Of a stretch of 64,000 bases of DNA, positions 51,213 to 58,786 are shown one piece after another. The translations under genes were made by a program, and so were the position numbers. Every line of letters starts with the position of its first letter. Position 1 is the first letter of the stretch. The stretch is taken from contig CAVVUN010000009.1 in the NCBI GenBank assembly GCA_963751455.1, forward strand, positions 320,001 to 384,000, in the 5' to 3' direction. This DNA is from Nitrospirota bacterium (GTDB lineage Bacteria > Nitrospirota > UBA9217). The notes under the pieces were generated by a model that saw only the letters and a list, made by a program, of their open reading frames with translations, did no database searches and was not told the origin of the DNA.

Positions 51213-51843
51213 GTAACCAAAAACCGAAACCGGCATCGTAACCTTTCAAACCGGTCATCGTCTGTTGGTGACGAAACCCGTATCGTGGAAAGCGACCTCA
51301 AACACGACAACCGTAACCAAAAACCGAAACGGGCATCGTAACCTTTTAAACCGGTCATCGTCTGTTGGTGACGAAACCCGTATCGTGGAAAGCGACCTCA
51401 AACACGACAACCGTAACCGAAAACCGAAACGGGCATCGTAACCTTTTAAACCGGTCATCGTCTGTTGGTGACGAAACCCGTATCGTGGAAAGCGACCTCA
51501 AACACGACAACCGTAACCAAAAAAACCGAAACGGGCATCGTAACCTTTTAAACCGGTCATCGTCTGTTGGTGACGAAACCCGTATCGTGGAAAGCGACCT
51601 CAAACACGACAACCCTAACCAAAAACCAAAACAGGCATCGTAACCTTTTAAACCGGTCATCGTCTGTTGGTGACGAAACCCGTATCGTGGAAAGCGACCT
51701 CAAACACGACAACCGTAACCAAAAAAACCGAAACGGGCATCGTAACCTTTTAAACCGGTCATCGTCTGTTGGTGACGAAACCCGTATCGTGGAAAGCGAC
51801 CTCAAACACGACAACCCTAACCAAAAACCAAAACAGGCATCGT
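51213..51843. repeat. Tandem array of ~6.3 near-identical 100/102-bp family B hairpin units
   Basis: Units start at 51213, 51313, 51413, 51513, 51615, 51715 and 51817 (partial); no variable spacers. Confidence 0.97.
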
Positions 51844-52060
51844 TGTACGGGACAAGGAACCGCGGGTTGAATCCGAAATTATCGATATCTTTGTAGATGA
51901 AGAGATGGAAAGCGCTGGAAAGCGGAACATCATTCACTCCGGTCATAAAAGATATCAGGGCTTTCGAATTGGAAGAGAAATTTCACACCCCGTTTTACGA
52001 AAACATCTCCAAGGAAGGGGTGCCGCTATGACCCTGGAACCAAAGGACAAAAGATCACTG
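51839..52060 (+). pseudogene. Remnant of a nucleotidyltransferase (MNT) gene plus the start of a probable HEPN partner
   Basis: IVVRDKEPRVESEIIDIFVDEEMES / GTSFTPVIKD...TPFYENISKEGVPL* broken by a 10-bp duplication (51906-51925); overlapping ATG 52028 MTLEPKDKRSL. Confidence 0.6.
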
Positions 52061-52293
52061 TTTGGTGATATCGAAGAACAGCATGGTTACTCTTGAAGAC
52101 GCAAAAGACGTTTCAAAACACAAATCTTATCTTAAGATTATCTGACCTGCTTTTACCAGTCGCTAAGAACTATGAACCCGAACTTCTGGGAAGGGTTGCC
52201 CTGCAATTCGGCAAACCGGACCGACCGGCCAAACGGGGCAGATTCGATAGATTATCCTTGCTAAAAGGATAATACTATGATAAATTGTCCGCC

Positions 52294-53616
52294 ATGGAAG
52301 GACAATTTCGCGGGATCATCCGTCAGAAAATCATAGACTCATTGGCGGAGTCCGTGCCGGAATTCACGCGCCGGGACGTACGGCTGCCTGCGGTAAAAGG
52401 GAAGGCAACGGCGGTAATCGGCATGCGCCGCACAGGCAAATCCACCTTCCTCTGGCAGGTGCTGGCAGACCGGTTGGCGCGGGGCACAGGCCGGGAGGGG
52501 CTGCTTTTCTTCAGATTCGAGGACGAGCGCCTGGCCGGCATGACCGCCGCCGACCTCCACCTGATCGTTGAGGAATACTACCGTTTGCACCCGGAATGGA
52601 GAGACAGTCGGCGGGCCGTTTTCTTTCTGGACGAGATACAGGTGGTTCCAGGGTGGGAATCCTTTGCACGCCGTCTCCTTGACACGGAAAAGGTGGATCT
52701 GTTTCTCTCCGGCTCGTCGGCGCGTCTCCTCTCACGAGAAGTGACCACGAGCATGCGCGGCCGGGCCATGGAAGCATTGGTTCATCCCTTCAGCTTCCGC
52801 GAATATCTACGGCATTTCGGTCGCGAACCAAAGCTGGGGCCGGAGCGTCTCCCCAAAGCCGCACGTTCCGCCTTGGAGAAGGATTTACGGGAGTATCTGG
52901 CAGGCGGCGGTTTTCCCGAAGCCTTGGGCGTTGCCGCACGGGACCGCTTCGAGCTTTTACGCGGGTATGTGGATACGGCGCTCCTCAGGGATGTCATAGA
53001 GCGTTACTCGGTATCGCATCCTACGGCGCTCCGCTGGATGGTACGGCAGCTTCTCGGAAGCGCCGCCGGTGCGTTCAGCGTGAATAAGTTCCACGGTGAT
53101 CTCCGGTCACAGGGGGTCCATGTTGCCAAGGACACACTGCACGCTTATCTGAGCTATTTGGAAGATGCGTTTCTGATCCGCTCGGTTTTTCTCGCGTCCG
53201 CCTCGGAACGGCGCCGGATGGTGAACCCCCGCAAGGTGTACCCTATAGACCCGGGGTTGATCCCGGTCTTCGACCGGTCGGGGAAGGCAAATCTGGGCCA
53301 CGCCCTGGAAACCTGCGTGCTGTTGGATCTCGAACGGCGGGGGGCCGAGATTTCCTATGTTCGCACCGAAAGCGGGTTTGAGGTCGATTTTCTTGCCCGT
53401 TATCCCGATGGAAAAGAGGAACTGATTCAGGTATGCGCCGATCTGGATGTTCCCAATGTTCGGGAACGCGAAGCGCGCGCCCTTACGGAAGCTGCACGCG
53501 AACATCGCAGAGCGACTTTGCACATTGTCAGCCTCGATCCGGTAATCGCGCCCGATATTTCCAGAAATGTCACGCTTCATTCGGCAGCCGCATGGCTGTT
53601 GATGGAAAAACATTAA
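52294..53616 (+). CDS. AAA+ ATPase with DUF4143 C-terminal domain
   Basis: GMRRTGKS, FLDEIQ, SGSSA, HPFSFRE, GGFPE, KVY..DPG, EVDF; higher GC than neighbours. Confidence 0.9.
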   Translation: MEGQFRGIIRQKIIDSLAESVPEFTRRDVRLPAVKGKATAVIGMRRTGKSTFLWQVLADRLARGTGREGLLFFRFEDERLAGMTAADLHLIVEEYYRLHPEWRDSRRAVFFLDEIQVVPGWESFARRLLDTEKVDLFLSGSSARLLSREVTTSMRGRAMEALVHPFSFREYLRHFGREPKLGPERLPKAARSALEKDLREYLAGGGFPEALGVAARDRFELLRGYVDTALLRDVIERYSVSHPTALRWMVRQLLGSAAGAFSVNKFHGDLRSQGVHVAKDTLHAYLSYLEDAFLIRSVFLASASERRRMVNPRKVYPIDPGLIPVFDRSGKANLGHALETCVLLDLERRGAEISYVRTESGFEVDFLARYPDGKEELIQVCADLDVPNVREREARALTEAAREHRRATLHIVSLDPVIAPDISRNVTLHSAAAWLLMEKH

Positions 53617-53933
53617 ACTCAAATTAAACTCAAATTATGCTGTTTTATGAAAACATGACATGATCGCGCGGATGTTTTAGCGTCAAGGCAACCGCAGGGG
53701 CCAATCCGGAAACTCACGAAGGCGCTGTAACGATACGAACGAAGGTCCTCAACTCCTCAAAAAGAATTAAACTCGTAACTGACTGAATCAATCAAAGCAA
53801 TCCCGGTTTTTAGCCCGGAAAAGCGCTCCTGCCCTCTGCTCCCGACTCCGCAGCAAATATATTACATTGTTATTGACATATTTTTGAAATAATATTACAC
53901 TGCCAATGGAATATTTTGGGGAGCTGCTAACGA

Positions 53934-55244
53934 ATGCAAAAAAGACAATTGCAAGAGCTGATCGGTGAACACAAGGAAAGGGCTCTCTCCGGAAAGGGTT
54001 TTATCGCAAGAGAAGCGGCTGCGGACGCAGCGCGTCTTTTCAAGGAGCGGGAGATACATATCGTTACGGGCGTCAGGCGGTGCGGAAAGTCGACTCTGAT
54101 GCGCCTCTTGATGGAAAAGCTCGTCGCCGAACAGGGGGTAAAGCAAAAAAACATCCTGTACCTGAACTTCGACGACGAACGGTTTACGGAATTTGTTTCT
54201 TCCGACTTCCAAACTCTCTATGAGTCGTTTCTTGAGATCGAGTCGCCGAAAGGTAAAAAATACTTCTTTCTCGACGAGATTCAAAACATTACCGGCTGGC
54301 ACCGGTGGATCAATCGGTTATACGAGTTCGAGGACGTCAAAATCTTTTTGACGGGTTCAAACGCGTCGCTTCTCAGCGGAGAAATCGCAACCACACTAAC
54401 CGGCAGAAACCGCGTCATCGAGCTGTATCCGTTTTCTTTCAGAGAGTTTTTGGCCGCGAGGGGATTCACAGTGAGCGCAAGAGATGCTCTTGTGTCGGAG
54501 CGAAGGGCGTTGATACGGCGGCTTCTACAGGAATACCTTACAACGGGCGGCTTCCCGGAAGTCGTGAAGACGGGAGATCTCTCTCTGCTCCAGCATTACT
54601 TCAAGGATATTCTCTATCGGGACATTATCGCGCGGTATGGCGTTAGAAATATCCGGGAGATAAAAGAACTCGTCCTGTTTCTGGCATCGAATCTTGCAAG
54701 CATTGCGAGCTATAAAAGACTGAAAGACGTCATATCGGTCAACAGCCAGTCAACGGTAAAAAACTACCTTTCCCATTTGGAGGACGTATACCTCTTTTTC
54801 GCGACCGACCTGTTCGATTACTCGTTGAAGCGGCAAATGTACAATCCCTCGAAGGTCTACTGTGTCGACCACGCGCTGGCCGGTTCCATGGCATTCAGAT
54901 TTTCATCCGAGCTCGGGAGGACCCTGGAGAACATCGTCTTTCTTGAATTAAAAAGAAGAGGGCGGGATATCTACTATTGGAAAGGGCTGAAGGGCGAAGA
55001 GACGGATTTTTTGCTGAAACAGGGAAGAAAAATAACGGCGGCCATTCAGGTATCATATGACGTAAATGCTGTTGAGACGAAACAGCGGGAATCTGTCGGC
55101 GCTGTTCAAGCGGCAAGGGAATTCGGGTTGAAAAATGCCATCGTGATCAATTCGGATTACAGCGGAGAGGAAAAATCCGGGGGTATAACAATACGCTATG
55201 TTCCACTCTGGCAATGGCTGACAACCGCAGCCTTAGAACTGTGA
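53934..55244 (+). CDS. Second AAA+ ATPase with DUF4143 C-terminal domain
   Basis: GVRRCGKS, FLDEIQ, TGSNA, YPFSFRE, GGFPE, LENIVF, ETDF. Confidence 0.9.
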   Translation: MQKRQLQELIGEHKERALSGKGFIAREAAADAARLFKEREIHIVTGVRRCGKSTLMRLLMEKLVAEQGVKQKNILYLNFDDERFTEFVSSDFQTLYESFLEIESPKGKKYFFLDEIQNITGWHRWINRLYEFEDVKIFLTGSNASLLSGEIATTLTGRNRVIELYPFSFREFLAARGFTVSARDALVSERRALIRRLLQEYLTTGGFPEVVKTGDLSLLQHYFKDILYRDIIARYGVRNIREIKELVLFLASNLASIASYKRLKDVISVNSQSTVKNYLSHLEDVYLFFATDLFDYSLKRQMYNPSKVYCVDHALAGSMAFRFSSELGRTLENIVFLELKRRGRDIYYWKGLKGEETDFLLKQGRKITAAIQVSYDVNAVETKQRESVGAVQAAREFGLKNAIVINSDYSGEEKSGGITIRYVPLWQWLTTAALEL

Positions 55245-55429
55245 ACTCAGAACAAGGCTAAGAACTGAAATTTACAATTTGCATTCGGCCGCGGCCAACG
55301 GCCGCGATATTATATATAACACCGGCAACTTGATTGACAAATTATCTTGAATTTTTCGTTTTAGTTTTTAGGTTGACTTTGTTACAAGTAATACGTATAT
55401 TACTGGTAATACCATTTCGGAGGTAAGAA

Positions 55430-55675
55430 ATGTCAACGGTAACGAAAAAAGGACAGGTTACAATACCAAAATCGTACCGCGACCGGCTCCATATCAGGGA
55501 AGGCGACAGCCTTGATTTCGAGGTTAAGGATAATCTTCTCATCCTGAAACGAAAAGAACGGAAGTCAATTCTCAGCCTGGGGGGAATCGCTCAGGGGAGA
55601 GCGAGAGGAGCAGGGAACGAACGGGAGTATGCCAAAAAAGCAGTTGCACGTAAGATTGCCGGGGAAGGCCTGTAA
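55430..55675 (+). CDS. AbrB/MazE-type antitoxin (VapB-like)
   Basis: STVTKKGQVTIPK..RDRLHIREGD motif; RBS GGAGG; upstream of a PIN gene. Confidence 0.9.
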   Translation: MSTVTKKGQVTIPKSYRDRLHIREGDSLDFEVKDNLLILKRKERKSILSLGGIAQGRARGAGNEREYAKKAVARKIAGEGL

Positions 55676-55677
55676 AC

Positions 55678-56091
55678 ATGGAAGACCCGATATTCGTGGA
55701 CACCAACGTGTTTCTTCGTTTTTTTGTCAAGGATGTTGAACCTCAGTATGAGAAAGCCGGAAGCTTATTTGAAAGAGCGGAAGCCGGAAAGCTTAAACTC
55801 GAAACGAGTGAACTGGTTATCGCCGAGATCGTGTGGGTGCTCGAATCTTTCTACGGTTTTACAAAAAAAGAAATAGTAGAAGTGCTTACTATCCTCCTGG
55901 AATCAAGAAATCTTAAAATCGAGAGCGCCTCCCGTATCGCCGCCGCAGTAGAAATCTATTCATCAAGGAACATTGATTTTATAGACGCATACAATATCGC
56001 GTACATGAAATCCAAATCGTATAAAAAAGTGGCCACATTCGATATCAAGCATTATAAAAATATCGATGGAATAATCACCACCATGAACTAA
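55678..56091 (+). CDS. PIN-domain toxin (VapC-like)
   Basis: FVDTNVFLR, VIAE, DFIDAY, ATFD. Confidence 0.9.
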   Translation: MEDPIFVDTNVFLRFFVKDVEPQYEKAGSLFERAEAGKLKLETSELVIAEIVWVLESFYGFTKKEIVEVLTILLESRNLKIESASRIAAAVEIYSSRNIDFIDAYNIAYMKSKSYKKVATFDIKHYKNIDGIITTMN

Positions 56092-56160
56092 GCGAGCCTT
56101 TATTGGGTTCGATAAACGACAAGCGGACCGGAGCAGGCGTGTAGCCTGCAGTCGCTCAGG

Positions 56161-56331
56161 GCGGAATTTCTCCAGGCAGCCGTTGAAATGGCTAAATTCA
56201 GGAATCGGTTGACTCATGTCTATTGGGAAGTTGATGATAAATTTCTCTTCCAAATTCTTCAAACACGAATGGACGATTTCGCCGTTTTTATCAAAAATAT
56301 CGCGGTTTTTCTTCAGTTAGACGCTCTTTGA
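56161..56331 (+). pseudogene. C-terminal remnant of a HepT/DUF86 HEPN RNase
   Basis: EMAKFRNRLTHVYWEVDD (Rx4HxY); N-terminal half absent. Confidence 0.75.
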
Positions 56332-56338
56332 GCTCCTT

Positions 56339-56433
56339 TGCCCTCTGCTTTTCCAACTGACAACTCCGAACTGAGAACTCAAAACTGCTTTTTGGTATTG
56401 CCCTCTGCGCTATGCCCCATGCGCTCTGCTCTT
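56339..56433. repeat. Degenerate heptamer tracts
   Basis: CCAACTG ACAACTC CGAACTG AGAACTC AAAACTG and TGCCCTC TGCGCTA TGCCCCA TGCGCTC TGCTCTT. Confidence 0.7.
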
Positions 56434-56543
56434 AAACTGGACGAAATAGTGAGGACAGGTGTTCGAAAATTTACTCTTTCGTAGTTTACTTTAGCGTCCT
56501 TTTGTCGTATATTAATCGCAACTTTCTGAAGCTATGTTCATTC

Positions 56544-56640
56544 CAAACCAAACAAACCAGAGAAACCAAATTAACCAAACAAACTCTTACGGTTTCCAAA
56601 CCAAACAAACCAAATAAACCAAACAAACCGGATAAGCCGG
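56544..56640. repeat. Family A 9-mers, A-rich arm only, upstream of four-helix-bundle gene 2
   Basis: About 10 AAACCARAN units in two blocks. Confidence 0.9.
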
Positions 56641-56647
56641 AACTGAT

Positions 56648-57076
56648 ATGAAAATAACCCGATTTGAAGAGATGGAATGCTGGAAAGAGTCAAGAAAATT
56701 AGTAGACATGATATACAAAGCCATTCAGTCAAATAAATCATTTCAGTCAGATTATCGGTTAAAAGATCAGAGTATCGGCGCTGCTGTATCAGTAATGGGA
56801 AACATCCCGGAGGGATTTGTACGACGTTCGAATAAAGAATTTATACAGTTTCTATTTATCTCGATGTCCTCTGCCGCCGAATTACAGTCTCACCTGTATG
56901 TCGCACTTGATCAGCACTATATCTCTCAGGACACCTTCTCAACAATCTATCAACAAGCTGTGAAAACATCCAAAATAGTATCCGGCCTCATTACATATTT
57001 ACGTAACAATGTCAGCGGTTCCAAACGGATTTCTAATAAACCAAACAAACCAGACAAACTAAATAAACCGGAATAA
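56648..57076 (+). CDS. Four-helix-bundle protein (TIGR02436/23S-IVP/Avd-like), intact
   Basis: RFEEMECWK, DYRLKDQ..AAVSVMGNIPEGF.R.SNKEFIQFL...S.AE..S.LYVALDQ.YI; C-terminal tail NKPNKPDKLNKPE encoded by 9-mers. Confidence 0.92.
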   Translation: MKITRFEEMECWKESRKLVDMIYKAIQSNKSFQSDYRLKDQSIGAAVSVMGNIPEGFVRRSNKEFIQFLFISMSSAAELQSHLYVALDQHYISQDTFSTIYQQAVKTSKIVSGLITYLRNNVSGSKRISNKPNKPDKLNKPE

Positions 57077-57202
57077 CCAAAATATCAAACAAACAAAACA
57101 AACCAAATAATCCAGAGCAACCAAACAAACCAAATAAACCAGAGAAACTAGATGAACCAAACAAACCAGAAAAACGAAACAAACCAAACAAACCAGAAAA
57201 AC
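57037..57202. repeat. Family A 9-mers, A-rich arm only, spanning four-helix-bundle 3' end, spacer and wzi 5' end
   Basis: About 17 AAACCARAN units. Confidence 0.9.
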
Positions 57203-58735
57203 ATTTTTATTAACTTATTCGCCATACTAACCGTCCTATGCTTCTCAACAACCATCCACGCCTCAACATATATAGCCATTGAGGATACTATCGTTTACGA
57301 CCTCCTGAACAAGCTCGAAGCCGAAAGCGTTATCCAATCCGGTCTTCTCAATACCAAACCGATCAGCAGAAAGGAAGCGTTTCGGCTCCTTCAAGAAGCA
57401 GAAGCGAATTCCGAATCCCGCAGCGAATTTATAAAAAACTTGATCCGGACACTTAAGGATAGGCTGGGACCGGATCCATCAAGTGGAACGCAATTAAAAC
57501 CGATTGATTCAATCTATGCAAAATATATCCATACCAATGCGGAAGTTCATACACTGAAATATGGCGAGTCCATTCAAAATCAACAACCGTTTAACTACAA
57601 CAACAACGGAGATCTCTATCAGCGCGGATCAAATGAGAGGATCGGTTTTACGTCGCGGTTGGAAAACTGGGGACCGCTTTCGCTAGAAGTAAACCCGGAA
57701 TTCCGCTATCCCGACACGCCCTTTACCAATCAAGACCTGGTCACCAGGAAGGCCTATGCAGTCCTGGACCTCGGATGGGACGTTGTCCTCGGACAAGACT
57801 CCCAATGGTGGGGTCCCGGATACCATGGCGCTTTGCTGCTATCGAACAACGCCGAACCCTTTACCATGCTCAAGATATCAAATCCCAGCCCTGTCCGCCT
57901 TCCCTGGATTTTCGACAGCCTAGGCCCATTCGGGTTCACGTTCTTTGTTACAAACCTGGAGAAAGCGAGAAAAATTCCGGAACCGTATTTATACGGCATG
58001 AGGTTCGACTTTAAACCGCATCCCAACGTTGAAATCGGTCTGCAGAAGACCGCGTTTCTCGGTGGACGAGCAGGCCGTCCCGAAAATGCCAAGATATGGC
58101 TGCAGAGTTTGTATGGTGCGAATGATGCTGATAACTGCTACGCCGGAGAGGGCTGCTATAAAAAGGAGCCCGGTGACCAGCGGGCGGGGATCGACTTCAA
58201 GCTTACTGTTCCTTGGAATGTTCAGCCGATGCAAATCTATCTTGAAGCCGACGGAGAAGACGAATACCACAATCTGCCGAACCTCTGGGCGTTTATCGGA
58301 GGAATCTACCTGCCCAGGATATTAAATGAAGAGCGTCTCGATTTCAGGATGGAATACACAACTACGCGGGGCAGAAAGAGGAACCCTTATATCTGGTATC
58401 TTCATCACCTCTATTCAGGCTATACTTACAATGGGAACATTATCGGCCATCATGTAGGCACCGACGCTAATGACTTTTTCAGCGAGGTTTCGTATTTAAT
58501 GCAAGAGAGAACCGGTAAAATTTCCCTGTCATATCATAGGGAAGAGCACGACATTTACATCCCGGGAAGCCACGAAAGATTGGAGGATATTACTGCAGGA
58601 ATTATTTTGTCTTTAATGAAACAGATCGATTTAGTAACCCGTTATAGCCGGGGATGGCTGAAAAACAAGGGTAATGCACCAGGTGATACAGTCAATCTCT
58701 TGAAATTCGGGATCGGAATAGAGTATCGATTTTAA
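57152..58735 (+). CDS. wzi: Capsule assembly Wzi family outer-membrane protein
   Basis: QWWGPGYHGALLLSNNAEP, GMRFDFKP, GDQRAG.D, IGHHVG.D, terminal F; repeat-derived N-terminus precedes the signal peptide. Confidence 0.85.
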   Translation: MNQTNQKNETNQTNQKNIFINLFAILTVLCFSTTIHASTYIAIEDTIVYDLLNKLEAESVIQSGLLNTKPISRKEAFRLLQEAEANSESRSEFIKNLIRTLKDRLGPDPSSGTQLKPIDSIYAKYIHTNAEVHTLKYGESIQNQQPFNYNNNGDLYQRGSNERIGFTSRLENWGPLSLEVNPEFRYPDTPFTNQDLVTRKAYAVLDLGWDVVLGQDSQWWGPGYHGALLLSNNAEPFTMLKISNPSPVRLPWIFDSLGPFGFTFFVTNLEKARKIPEPYLYGMRFDFKPHPNVEIGLQKTAFLGGRAGRPENAKIWLQSLYGANDADNCYAGEGCYKKEPGDQRAGIDFKLTVPWNVQPMQIYLEADGEDEYHNLPNLWAFIGGIYLPRILNEERLDFRMEYTTTRGRKRNPYIWYLHHLYSGYTYNGNIIGHHVGTDANDFFSEVSYLMQERTGKISLSYHREEHDIYIPGSHERLEDITAGIILSLMKQIDLVTRYSRGWLKNKGNAPGDTVNLLKFGIGIEYRF

Positions 58736-58786
58736 CGGTAGTTCTTGGGGTTTTTATTTCTACTTAACCAACCAAGACACTCAAAA

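Larger units (their letters stand above)
49473..51241 (+). pseudogene. Four-helix-bundle protein (TIGR02436/23S-IVP/Avd-like) interrupted by IS4
   Basis: SFRDLEVYQ..LP..EKYDLRDQLSRSS..I...IAEGY; removing the IS and one target copy joins 49473-49767 to 51108-51241 as a 142-aa ORF ending ...YNLAKAWSQFKRETSNQKPKPAS. Confidence 0.9.

Noticed and set aside
51213-51843. CRISPR array
   Set aside because: Units are near-identical over their whole 100 bp with no unique spacers, and there are no cas genes in the window.
41345-51843. Integron attC sites as an explanation for family B hairpins
   Set aside because: No integron integrase in the window and no clear RYYYAAC...GTTRRRY ends.
51071-51946. Short ORFs on both strands in the tandem array
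   Set aside because: They are translations of the repeat unit in shifting frames, with no RBS or recognisable protein motif.
49473-57076. Diversity-generating retroelement suggested by Avd-like proteins
   Set aside because: No reverse transcriptase and no template/variable repeat pair with adenine-specific mismatches were seen.
56648-57076. 23S rRNA intervening sequence
   Set aside because: No rRNA sequence flanks either four-helix-bundle gene.
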